Assembly (NCBI GenBank): GCA_905178155.1
Contig: CAJINV010000003.1
Span: 10,793,367-10,857,366, forward strand
Length of the DNA: 64,000 nucleotides
From: Amoebophrya sp. A120
Taxonomy: Eukaryota > Protista > Dinoflagellata
Reading direction: 5' to 3'
Shown here: positions 51,901 through 63,400 of the stretch, piece by piece
Numbering within the stretch: position 1 is the stretch's first letter
Layout: each line of letters opens with the position of its first letter
Made by a program: the position numbers and the translations under genes
The notes under the pieces: generated by a model
The model's database searches: none
The model's input: the letters and a program-made list of their open reading frames with translations, nothing else
What the model was told of the DNA's origin: nothing

Positions 51901-53029
51901 AACTAGTATCGTACTTGTACTTACAAATTTCCATTGCAAGTGGTAGTCTAATATAATGCATGACAAGTTTGTATGTGTTAGCGTTTTCATACATAAATAA
52001 AAAAAGTCAGCACTTTATTTGCAATTTTCAGTTTATTTCTTTTCCAACTTGAGAAAATGCCTAATGGCCAATGCAGTCTCTACTAGTACGATACTTTTAG
52101 AATGCATAATGGCTTCGAATCAGCAAGTCATCGAATACCTGAACAAACAGCTTACGGAACGAGATCTGAAAACTTTCGCGCCACTAAGTATCTAGTTTGT
52201 TGCAGGCTCGATATTGGTGACCTATTGCACGCTCCCCCCCAGTGCAGTTTGATGATGAAACTGATGGTAGTGAGAGCGTGATGCGTTACCGCTTGTGCGG
52301 CTCGGCCAAAATATAAAATTGTGAATTGATCTGCAGGTACTGTTATCTACCGTACACATTTTCCTGCACACGTACCGATGCAACAAGTAAAATTTCAGCA
52401 TACCATTCTTTTTTCAACCCTGGTGCTGCTCGGCATCTAACTTTGTGATGCATTTTGTCCGTGCGCAGGAAATTTGTACTGCATAACTCTTAGCCTGCCC
52501 ATAAGAGACACACGGAGTACTCGCGGTGCTATCGAAACTGCGTCTCAAGCTTCCGCAGCCCCACCAATGAGTATCCCAAGGAAAAACGTCCTCACCTTAT
52601 ATTTTTATATTGTCATGTAGATCTTCATGATCATGCCTACTAGGCATGAAGATCGTGCTGGTTCATCTGGCATGACGAACTCCCAGACCGCGTCAGAATA
52701 TGCTCCTGATGGGGCTACTTATCTTACGGCAGTGTATGAATGTAGGCCGGCTGCACTAGTAGCTAAAAATGGCTACACTGCGAGCCCAAGCTTGCCACGT
52801 GCATGCACTTGATGCGCAGTCTCAGTCTGTTTATGTCCTGAGCAACAGCCGAAAACTAACCTTGGTGACACTCCCAGCTTCCCTTGACTCTGGGATGGGG
52901 ACGTTTTTACTCACGACAGTGAGCACTGTGGCACTAGTCCAGCCGTCTCCAGGAGCTGCCTCGACAGCCGTACCGGGCACCACGCAATCTGAGGCTATGC
53001 AGTGCAGGCATTTCTGGGTCTGGGAATAA
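42904..53029 (+). CDS. SASS6: Centriolar cartwheel protein SAS-6, ~13 exons (C-terminal end approximate)
   Basis: LTDTSDPFFLY..EQRLLVDFQQFP, ESNQFRELQHLSLHF..GND, EINKGNSIILKLQ..QQQEK, SNQQVIEYLNKQL; GT-AG introns 43011-43458, 43671-43925, 44730-48156, 48831-49231, plus non-canonical introns. Confidence 0.9.
44142..44451 (+). other. Non-canonical stem intron in SAS-6, introner family member, 310 nt
   Basis: C-TATGAGAGTACACAACC...GGTTGTGCGCTGTCATG-ATGT; joins the head domain to the coiled coil in frame. Confidence 0.75.
44877..47929. mobile_element. Non-autonomous foldback/Mutator-like DNA element inside SAS-6 intron 4
   Basis: Perfect 118-bp TIRs 44881-44998 / 47809-47926; 9-bp TSD TAGCGCCTA at 44868 and 47930; interior of CATGAGA/CATGTCT 7-mers with ~155-bp and ~104-111-bp tandem arrays. 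Confidence 0.9.
48328..48676 (+). other. Non-canonical stem intron in SAS-6 (A-TATC...GATA-CGAG), 349 nt
   Basis: DR CGAGA; join RSLE|KVKFQQEK; IR AACGACCCCCCCA / TGGGGTGGGGACGTT. Confidence 0.8.
49410..49622 (+). other. Non-canonical stem intron in SAS-6 (G-TATC...GATA-ACCT), 213 nt
   Basis: 18/19 TIR TATCAAATTGAAAAATGCC / GGCATTTTTCATTTTGATA; inner GCGTTGCAAA / TTTGCAACGC; DR ACCTG. Confidence 0.8.
50462..51782. mobile_element. Probable GC-rich insertion enlarging a SAS-6 intron
   Basis: Composition shift; short IR GTAATTTG...CAAATTAC at the ends; this intron is ~2 kb versus 130-500 nt for most others. Confidence 0.35.
51888..52112 (+). other. Non-canonical stem intron in SAS-6 (C-TAT...ATA-ATGG), 225 nt
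   Basis: Restores EAHSLIA|SNQQVIEYLNK; DR GCT; IR AGTATCGTACT / AGTACGATACT. Confidence 0.8.
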
Positions 53030-54348
53030 GTTGCAACTTGTGGCGCTTCTATCGCTTTCCTGTAATGCATAATCTTATCAATATCAATAGCTCAGTGCAA
53101 AAGCGCAGCTTCCTGTTCATGCGAATAAAAGGCAGGAGTTTGTCCTGCCCGCTAGAAACGCGACGATAGGTTTGCAAATACTTGTCATGTTGCTTGGCTG
53201 CACAAGCACATCGAAAAGCTGCAATCTCTTCCAATACAGCCTCACAAGGTTCCAGACCCAAACGCATTTGTAGTTGATTGCGGCTGAGGCGCGTCAGAAG
53301 CGCATTGAAGCACTACTCCAATCACGGGGAGTGCCGCTCGTCGGCCCTGTGCGCTACCAACGCCCGGAAAACTGATAAAAGTGATGTTTAGCACCGGACT
53401 GCACTACTACTTGCTGTATTGTGGCCAAGCAGATGGTTCTACTTTGGCTGTAGCAAAGTCTACGCCGAAAACGAGAGCTATGCTCGATGACACAAGTACC
53501 TGTTTAATGTTTGAATTATATATTATCAGAACCTACGCGTACCCACTAACCATGGGAACAAAGAGTAGACAAACCACAAATCTGTCGATGTTTACAATCA
53601 GTCAATTTCTATCTCAACCTAGTACAACAGCCGAAGAAGTAGGTTCTACTCTATGGAAAATATCGTTTGGGAAATAGATTACAAGCTTCGTCGTGTTTCT
53701 TTGGCATTCGTGACCGTTGCGGTGGTGTTAAGTAGTGAAGCTGGTTTAGACCTCCAACCAATATGATTGAAAGAACCTGCGCACTCCGCGACAGGAAACT
53801 TGTGTGCCTGCGGTCAATGGTTTCGGCGCACCGAGCACAACGTGTTAGTATTGGTTTTTCTCGATAAACCTAAGTGTTGGCCTAAGTGAGTCCTAAGTAA
53901 AACCGAAGTAATCCCTAAGTCTTTTCCCGGACTCGTGGCCGACGCAGAACCGCGGGAAAGTGGACCGGAAGAGGGTTCCAGCGGAAAGGAAAATCCCGCG
54001 GAAGCAAAACAAGTTGGGGCGTATCGGCGCGGTGCAGGTACGTTCCGGCGGGCAAGATTAGTGGGACCGGCTTAGAGGGAAAAAATGACCAGCGGCGTCC
54101 TGTTTGGCCGCGCAAAGCAGGGAAAAATGCCGCGGGGACATAAAAAGAAAGAGCCAGGGCACGAAAAAACTCGCGAAACTAGCCAAAAACCAAAAGGCGC
54201 GCGCAGCGTGGAGGGTGCTCCGCCCGGCTTTGCGGGCGACCGTCGGAGCTTGTGGATGCGCCGCGCGCTGCCCCGCCGGCGCCCCCGGCGCTTTCCGCCT
54301 GGAAGCCATTCTGTGGCGCTTTTTTGTGTCGAAAATAGCAAAAAAGGT

Positions 54349-54495
54349 CGCAAACTAAAGAAAAAAGCTCGCAAACTGAAGAAAAAAGGACGCAAACTGA
54401 AGAAAAAAAGTCGCAAACTGAAGAAGAAAAGCCACAAATTGCAGAAAAAATGTCGCAAATTGAAGAAAAAAGGTCGCAAACTGAAGAAAAAAAGG
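54349..54495. repeat. 7x 21-bp tandem repeat CGCAAACTGAAGAAAAAAGGT
   Basis: Copies at 54349, 54370, 54391, 54412, 54433, 54454 and 54475. Confidence 0.9.
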
Positions 54496-55353
54496 CGGTA
54501 GCGGATGGGCGCAAGGTGCGGGGGCGCTTGCCGGGCGGCCTCGACAAGAGCCCGCGGACGCCGGGAGCCGTTTGACCCGCGGACGCCGGGAGCCCGCGGA
54601 CGCCGGGAGCCGTTCGACAAGAGCCCGCGGACGCCCGGCGCGGCGGGCGTCGCGGGAGGGGCGGGCAGCCGTTTGACCGTCCGGGGCCCCGGTGGGCTAG
54701 GTTTTGCATGTGGCCAGTTGCTTTGTTTTCTTTTTTTTGTTTTGCGATTTTTTTTCGCGTTTTGTCGCTTTTTTTGCCGTGTTTGGCATATTTTCTTCGT
54801 GTTTTTCCGGTTTTCATTCGAGCTGGCCTCCCCCTCAGCCAATGTATGTATGGCAGGCGAACTTGTTCTCCAACAATTGGCGGGAGAAAACTCGACCGGG
54901 AACCGGGAGAACACAAAAAAAAAAAGCAGCAAAACGCGAAAAAAAGCGGCAAAACGCAAAAAAAGGCAAATGCCCAGGGCCGGGCTTTCTCTCAGCACGC
55001 AGTTGCGACGGGGCCGCTTCTGTTTTTCTTCCGCGAACGGGCCCTGGAGCCTTTCCAACTTTCCCAAGCAAGAGGAAAAGTCGCAAAAGCTTCAGCTTCC
55101 GTTCGTGGGGGAAAGAACAAAATGGCTGCGGCCGTAGTGCCAACTTGTAAGCGCTGGGTGCCACACGACGGCACTACGTGGGCAGCCATTTTGTTCTTTC
55201 TCCCGCAAGGAGGGGCTGGGGCTTTTGCAAATTTTCCAAAAGCAAGAGTAGCAAACGGCCCCGCTCTTCTCTAGTGCAAACGCCGCGCAAAGAATCGCAT
55301 CGATCGCGCGGCGTCTCTTTTCGTTCTTTGCCCCGCTATGTCGCTATGTCGCT

Positions 55354-57464
55354 AAATCATCGAACTCAACATATTATGTTTTACAAAGTAGTGAGGCCGT
55401 CGCGCCGAAAAAAGAATTCAGTAAAACTCTCTAGACAATTTAAGCGAAAAGAGAGGGCAGGAGAGGCTCATCCTAATATACGTCGCGCCGTGCGCAGCAC
55501 GTTGTGCTCGGTGCGCCGAAACCATTGACCGCGAGAATGACAGCTGCCTCCCCATTGCCAGCGACCGGACCCCGGGGGCCCGGCGCAAAAACGGCAAACG
55601 CCCAAAATCGGGCGTGCCTGCGAAAGTGTATGCTTACGAAACGCCGCGGCAATTTGGAGTAAGCATTGACTGCACGAGGGCCCGCGCGGCCCCGTGGTTT
55701 CATGCGGGAAAAGGGGCACCGGCACCGCGGGACCGGCCGCTTGGTTGGGGCGGTCCGCGGAAGAGTTGTGTTTCCACCCTACACCACAACGCTTCCCGGA
55801 ATCCGGTCGCGTTTGAGGGTAAAAAGGTAAAAAGAAGCTGCACAACGGCCAAGGATCTGGCAGAAAAAAGACAACCCACTGGTCGTGCGTAACCTAATGC
55901 AGCATGGTATGGCTGCGAGGGAAATTCGCACGCAGCGATACCATGCAGCATAACCTCACGCCCGATGTTATCGGGAGTGCGGATATTGCTGCTTGGGGAT
56001 AGCATCGCGCAAAAGGTTACGCCCGACGGTGTGCAGCGGCTGCGGCAGCCGCTTGTGGCGAAAGAGGGGATTTGTAATGCGGAGAAGAGCCCGGGTTGCG
56101 GAGAACCCGAGGCTCCGCGCTTTCCCCTTTCCCCATTTTACCCACAACCCGAGCCCCGAGCTCTGGGGAGCCCCGCACTCCGCATTTGTAATGCGGAGAG
56201 CCCGACCTTTCCGCCCATTGCATTTGTAATGCGGAGAGCCCGGCCTTTGAAAGGTCGGGCTCTCCGCATTACAAATGCAATGGCTATGGGCACCTTTCCG
56301 CACTTGCAATGCGGAAAGTTCACCTTTCCGCATTTGTAATGCGGAGAACAAAATTGGAAAACCAGCCGGATGCAGATGCAGCTTTTCTCCCCGCAGGAGA
56401 AAAGCCGCATCACAAATTCGCAAACTCCGCTTCCTCCGGTTGGAGAAAGTGAAAGACCGCACCTCCGGTTCTCCGCATTACAAATGCGGAAAGGTGAACT
56501 TTCCGCATTGCAAGTGCGGAAAGGTGCCCATAGCCATTGCATTTGTAATGCGGAGAGCCCGACCTTTCAAAGGCCGGGCTCTCCGCATTACAAATGCAAT
56601 GGGCGGAAAGGTCGGGCTCTCCGCATTACAAATGCGGAGTGCGGGGCTCCCCAGAGCTCGGGGCTCGGGTTGTGGGTAAAATGGGGAAAGGGGAAAGCGC
56701 GGAGCCTCGGGTTCTCCGCAACCCGGGCTCTTCTCCGCATTACAAATCCCCTCTTTCGCCACAAGCGGCTGCCGCAGCCGCTGCACACCGTCGGGCGTAA
56801 CCTTTTGCGCGATGCTATCCCCAAGCAGCAATATCCGCACTCCCGATAACATCGGGCGTGAGGTTATGCTGCATGGTATCGCTGCGTGCGAATTTCCCTC
56901 GCAGCCATACCATGCTGCATTAGGTTACGCACGACCAGTGGGTTGTCTTTTTTCTGCCAGATCCTTGGCCGTTGTGCAGCTTCTTTTTACCTTTTTACCC
57001 TCAAACGCGACCGGATTCCGGGAAGCGTTGTGGTGTAGGGTGGAAACACAACTCTTCCGCGGACCGCCCCAACCAAGCGGCCGGTCCCGCGGTGCCGGTG
57101 CCCCTTTTCCCGCATGAAACCACGGGGCCGCGCGGGCCCTCGTGCAGTCAATGCTTACTCCAAATTGCCGCGGCGTTTCGTAAGCATACACTTTCGCAGG
57201 CACGCCCGATTTTGGGCGTTTGCCGTTTTTGCGCCGGGCCCCCGGGGTCCGGTCGCTGGCAATGGGGAGGCAGCTGTCATTCTCGCGGTCAATGGTTTCG
57301 GCGCACCGAGCACAACGTGCTGCGCACGGCGCGACGTATATTAGGATGAGCCTCTCCTGCCCTCTCTTTTCGCTTAAATTGTCTAGAGAGTTTTACTGAA
57401 TTCTTTTTTCGGCGCGACGGCCTCACTACTTTTGTAAAACATAATATGTTGAGTTCGATGATTT
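55354..57464. repeat. 2.1-kb near-perfect inverted repeat (arms ~996 bp, 118-nt spacer 56350-56467)
   Basis: Mirror-image ORF pairs (e.g. 55965-56339 + / 56478-56852 -); only one single-base indel seen between the arms. Confidence 0.95.
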
Positions 57465-58338
57465 TTTAGTTTATTGAAGTCCTGGTGACTTATCCTTTTT
57501 CTATCACTATTTCATTTTCAACGACCATCTATTTCGTGTCTATGCGGGCTTTCAGTCTCAGGACAGTCTGCTACAGGCACCTCGGGGCACTATGGCACGC
57601 TCATTCCAAAGAGGAGCGGAGTCACTTTGTCGCCGTGTGTCGGTTTTATTTCAGATTGATTCGGTGTTGGTTGTAATGAGGGCCAGGATATCACTTGCAC
57701 CTGACTTCGTACTTCTTTACCCTTTCGCGGCCAAAGCGTCTGGGAATCGCTACCGCTACTTGAATAGCAAGGAAACAGCAACTGACGATGCATTGATTTC
57801 GTACTTCGCCCTCGATGATTTTTTTGGTTTTATTTGTTTTACGAGTTGTACTGCAGATGAAAGCGATCATTTCATTCTCTCCATGTCCATCGACCCCCCC
57901 CCGAATATCGTGCGTATGATGCGGAGCTACAGGAGAAAATTATTTCCTGGGGGGTTGAGTACTTGAAACATAGTACATTGTGTCGATCATCCAGCATTTG
58001 GCGGGTCCTCACAAGGGCCGCTTCACGGGTTGTTCCACCTTGATGCAAATTTTCCATTGAGAATTCAAATCAGCTCATCTTCAGAGCTCGTGGTCAAAAA
58101 GAAAGCATTTGCCAAGGTAGGAGACACGAGCGGCTCGGGAAATAGTACGAGTGAACCGCAGAGAGCACCAGTCCCTGCGACTTCTACGTGACACAGCGAG
58201 CACACTATCAATCGTCAAATGCTGGAGCGTAGCAGTGCCTACTAGTGTAAAAATAAATATAAAGAACTCTCCTATAAACAAGGAAAAGAAAGACATTTCT
58301 TCATCTGTTTCTTTCACTCCATCGAGGCCAAATAGAGT

Positions 58339-59232
58339 ATGACAGTGGATAAGGGATTTGCTCTGGATCAGGGTGGTGCTGCGCGGCAGCAAGTGCTCTC
58401 CGGGACGAGTGGATCTGAAATACTTGTGGCGAAGAGCAAGAGCAATCGTCAGGCCGAGGATACGGATTCCCGTTCTTTCATCAGCAGCAGCAGCGGGACG
58501 CGCGAAGCAACAAGTACTATACGGCGTCAGAGCAAGAACCTGGAGACACACATCGAAATAAATGGAAAAGACATGCCAGAAAAAACACCAAAACAGGACG
58601 AGGATGATGAGGAAGAAGTTTTCATGCCGTGGGCCAATCCAGAGCAGCTGGAGAGAAACTTTGAGGATCAGTTTACCAATGTCCGACCCGGAGAGGATGT
58701 ATCCATCACGATCATACGCGAGGGAGACGTGGAAACGACGTACGTCTGGTCTCTTGATTTTTCAAATTTTCCTGCGCTTCGCACGAGAGAGTGCCCTTTT
58801 GTTCTTCAGTTTTGAAGAAATAGGAAGTACTTATATCAATATCTTTTCTTCTGTGATGACACGAACACCTTCGCGGTTCTTTCCGACATATGTCCATGTG
58901 CCTAAAAGCTCTCTTTCATACATTATTAGTACGTAGCCTGTTGTTCTTCCCACCGACCAACTTACGTGAACGGCAGGTACCAAGTCCTCGTACCTCCCTG
59001 CGTGAGCGTGCGGGAGTTGAAGCTCGCGGTTACTGCTGAAACGGGTGGTGTAGTTCCTTTCGAGTCACAGGACTTTTTTCGCACGCAAGGGCAAGCGCAC
59101 CCGCTACCAGACGAAGAAGTGTTACGCTTCTCCGAAAACGACTTGTTGGTGCTTCGAACACGAATCATCGACGCCTCCGAACTCGCTACAATCGCGAAAA
59201 AGAAAAAGACCGCAAAGTGCTCCATCATGTGA
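58339..59232 (+). CDS. Ubiquitin-like domain protein with polybasic CaaX tail
   Basis: GT-AG intron 58740-58976 gives VSITIIREGDVETTYQVLVPPCVSVRELKLAV..PFESQDFF; ends KKKKTAKCSIM*. Confidence 0.7.
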
Positions 59233-60464
59233 TCATACTGGCTTCTGCAGCATCCTGCAACCATCTCAACAAATTTTCATGGCGGCCATCCATCTTCATA
59301 ATTTTGTTTGTGCGGCTCGCGGTTTTCGTTTTTGTTTCAACGTCGAACATGGACTACACTGTATGCAAATCATATGAAGTCGGCTTCTCGTTGTACTAAC
59401 TTTACAGAGTAGAAACAAGATTTGAAATAAAGAAGAAACCGCACTGCGCTTCCAGCTTTGTGATTGAGCCGCGGAACAAAGCAGCCTAATTTTGCTAAAC
59501 ACTGATGAGTTCGTGTTCTTCAAGAGCCTCTATATGAATGACCTTGCGCCAGCAGCCACACGACTGCAAGAAATATGCCCGTAGTAAACAAGCACTAGCA
59601 CTTCTACTTCCCTGCAATATTATTTCGGAAAAAAGAGGGAAGCTCTGTCTCTGCTGCATGTGTTATTTCGGTTGCGCATAATTCTTGTCATTCTGATGTT
59701 TCACACCTTGCCCATTGTACCTCAAGAAGTCGAGTCAATTTCTCATTTTAACAAAACCCGTAGTACGAATCGAGCTACGTTCATGTCTCTGCAGCAAGTA
59801 CTTATCGTATCGGTGATGAACATGGCGTCCACCTGGAACCCCTCACACTCGTTGTAGATGAGCTTTTCCCGCCGAAAAAAAACATCAGCACCACAGCACC
59901 CCAACCAAGACAAGTTATTTTCAACCTTTCCTCGTGTGCCCGAACAAGTTTTTCTATATTGAACGAACGGCGCAAGCTGAAAAAAATGCTAGACATTGGT
60001 TGTAAGACAACTGCTGCTACCCTGTTTATCTTCTGAAACTGTTGATACGTTGTAAACTGCATATCATGTTTCTGCGTCCCCCTCCATATTACGCTTGGAG
60101 CCTGTATTTGCTACCTCGTCACCTTAGTCATACACTGTAGAAGAAGCGACTTTCATCTTTCATCACGAAATCAGTCGTAGATGCCCTAGAAAGTTCAGTC
60201 GGTGTTGCAGTCGAAAATGCCCCAGAGTCTCCCCTGATAATGTGGTGCTGAGTCCTCTACAACTTAGCGTCGAATTTATTATTCCGACGAACTCCTGCAG
60301 CCCCCAGCAGAGCAACGTGCAGTAGCATAGGGACCACTATTGCATAGCTGCGGCCGCCACGGAAAGCGAAAGACCAAGCGGAGTTACTTATACGTATTTT
60401 TACCAGTGGTGAGAATAAATAATACCAATATCCTCCCGGCGGCGCGGCTCTGCATTGATTCCTG

Positions 60465-63400
60465 ATGCAGACCACAATCGAGCCCATCCAGGGGATCCAC
60501 CGGGCCGCTCAACATCAGGAGTCGGATACAGACTCCTGCGAGAACGATGTGTCGCCACACTGGAAAAGCCGCAACAACGCCGGGTACAATCCCAATGACC
60601 TCCTACGGAACAGCTACAACAGAAATAATGTCGGGTTCGGCGCAGAGGTACTTCTACTTGCTTATGTCCTTAGAGGAACGAGTTTGATATTGACAGACTG
60701 CAAAGATGAAAGTATCAAAGCACCACAACTCTCGTGGGACGAGATAGTTGTGATGTGCTGCGCAAAAACAAAACTTTCTGCCTTGGTGGAGGTTTGAATG
60801 AGCAGGGTCGTTGCATCAGTCTGCGTGTTTATATACACAATTGAAAATACTAGAGCATGATGAATATTTTTTAGTCTGATCAGGGTGCTAGTACGACGCG
60901 CAACTACAGGACTCTCCGAAAGCTGACCCGGTGTTTCAGCGGCCCAAGGACAACGGGGCAGAGCCGCGCTTCGTGAAGCGGTCCTTCAAAGCCCCAGCTG
61001 GGGATATCGCACGAAAAAACTGTTTCAGTGTGAACTTGTGATGAAGAGAATGCCACACACACATGTTTGTCTTCGCTAGAAATGCAAGACCATAGATTTT
61101 GATTTTATGGAGGTTTCTCTCGGAAAGCGCGCATGGCAAACTTTCTGTGACAGACTTCCAGCAAAATTATCATGATGAAATAGTTTTTCTTTTTTTCGTG
61201 GGATAGGGGACACGTCGGAGGCGCCAAGGACAAGTTTAAATCAGGATGCACTGCAGCCAGGAGCAAGCATACCTCCAAAGCCAACCATGCCCGGGAAACG
61301 AAATATCCGCTCCCTACGTGCAGACGCGGAGCGGCGTGCGTCGGGCATGTTGGACAACAGTGGCATGATACAGGCAAACCCCGTGGCGCTGGGAAGTCTA
61401 CCACCCTCTATAGGCAGTGAGCAGCACCACGGGGCGGTAATGGGGCACGATTCGCAAATCGCCCACTCAAGAGTACGCAGGTACGACCTTTTATGCTTCT
61501 TGCCAGGAGTGATTGCAAATACGTGTAGCTATAACAGTTTGCATTTTCTACGTATAAATACGTGACTTCTGTTACTGTTTATGTTTTGACAAGAGCCTGC
61601 ATGTGGCCGCTCGTGCTTTTTTATTCACCAGATGTATCGTTGTAATTCAGCTCGGCAGCTACCTGACAAACACAAATGATGAAAAACATAATGACTACAG
61701 TTTGTACGAAGAGGAGCCCCCCGCCCACACAATGGACCAGCTGCAGCCGTCGGGGCCATCAGATCAAGTAATACCCGTCGTGGTAGCGAACAATCCACAG
61801 CACCAGCAGATGAGCAACGTGCATTCAGGTTCTTGGAACCCGCCGTCCCCTTCCCCACCGGCCCGACCAAACTTCGGTGGTCCGGTGCCGATGTCAAGCT
61901 ATGGCAGCACTCAACCGCAGCAGCAGGGCGGATATCCCTGGCAAATTGGTGCGCTGGCTCTGGAAATAAACAAGTGCACCAAACTTGTGACGCGGCGTCC
62001 TGCCGCTCAAACTAAATTGCAATGAAGATCAATCTGCTTTGCAGCATGAATATATACAAGATGTTGCCCACTACTTTCGGCCATGCTGAGAAGGACTTTT
62101 CATGCAAAAGATGCACGACAGTCAAGGCCTTGCAGAACGTGTTAGGCCGCTAAGCCCTGCGGCGCTCCAGCAGATTTTGAGAGGCCTGAAAAAGCTGCAT
62201 GACAACACCATTCCAGACCCAGAGGCATTTTCGCATTTGATACTGGCTTGGGTTCCACGATTGTGGAAGCGGACATGCGCGTGGTTTCAGAGAGCAGCTC
62301 AGAGGAAGACGAAGAGGAGCGGCGGCAGATGGAGCAACACATGCAAAACAGCCCCATCATGCAGGGCCAGCAGGTCAATTTGCAAATGGGCACGAACGGG
62401 CAGCTGATGGGGCTTGAGCCGCGCGTGGAGCCCATCGCGGAAGACGGCTCGGTGATCCAAATGGAGCATCAAAGCCCCCAAGAGGTGGTCGTGATCAATC
62501 AGGATAACCAGGAAATCAACAGTGCCGAGTATGTGATGCGCACTTCGCAGCCGGCGCCAAACCAGGTAGTGTTTCGAAACGGAAAAAAAGTACCGTCTTT
62601 GCACGCCGCCCGGCCCCTCCACTTACCTCCGGAGAGGTTCGGCACCAGCGTGCAGCTTAGAAAAGATTTCGTCACCCAACCTCTACCCTTCGCGGATCGA
62701 AGTCACACATTACAGGTAATTTGCTCGTAGTGAGCTTTTTATTTGTGGTTGACGTCAATAATTCAAAAACTCATCAAATGTCTACATCCGTAGTGCTGTC
62801 TGCCGGTAAAAAATTCCAAGACCTCTAAAAGATCCTCAGAATGTTCCTTCTCCTCGATCATTCGATGATGACGGAGGAGGAAAAGAGTGGAATTCTTTGC
62901 GTTCATGTTTCATCTTTACCATCCGGTGCAATGCGAACAGGCGCGCGTTGTCCGAGTACGCGAGGGATTGAGCGGTAAGCTATTTCCCACTTACCATCTC
63001 TGCATTCGGAATGGTCCCGGGGCCGATGAGACCATCCTTCTGGCCGCCCAGAAGCAAACCGGAAAACGCAGCTTCAGCAGCTACTACCTGATAACTCTGG
63101 ACCCACGCTGTTTTCAAAAGGGAGCGTCCACCTACGTCGCAAAACTGCGCGCAAACTGGGCAGGAACAGAGTACTTTTCATTGTATGCCTGTTTTACACC
63201 TAGTTTCGCAGTTATTTTCCCAGCAAACAGCAACGACAACAGCGTCTTTCGACGCTCTCAGACTTTGGTACAGCTCGGGACCTCAGCTGCGCACGTAGAA
63301 CTAGCGCTCGCACGAAAAAACGACGAAGGTACACTTTATTTTCGGATGGCGATAACCCGAAAAAGACAAAGCGGCTCCGCGGGTCAGACAACGCTCTCTT

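Noticed and set aside
55181-55196. GCAGCCATTTTG as a dinoflagellate spliced-leader relic
   Set aside because: Only about 10 nt match; it is part of a hairpin arm and not upstream of a gene.
54072-57349. ORFs in the GC-rich block and palindrome arms
   Set aside because: Low-complexity, mirrored on both strands, no recognisable domains.
58741-58967. Non-canonical intron via DR TACGT in the Ubl gene
   Set aside because: Canonical GT-AG 58740-58976 is in frame and gives better ubiquitin-fold spacing.
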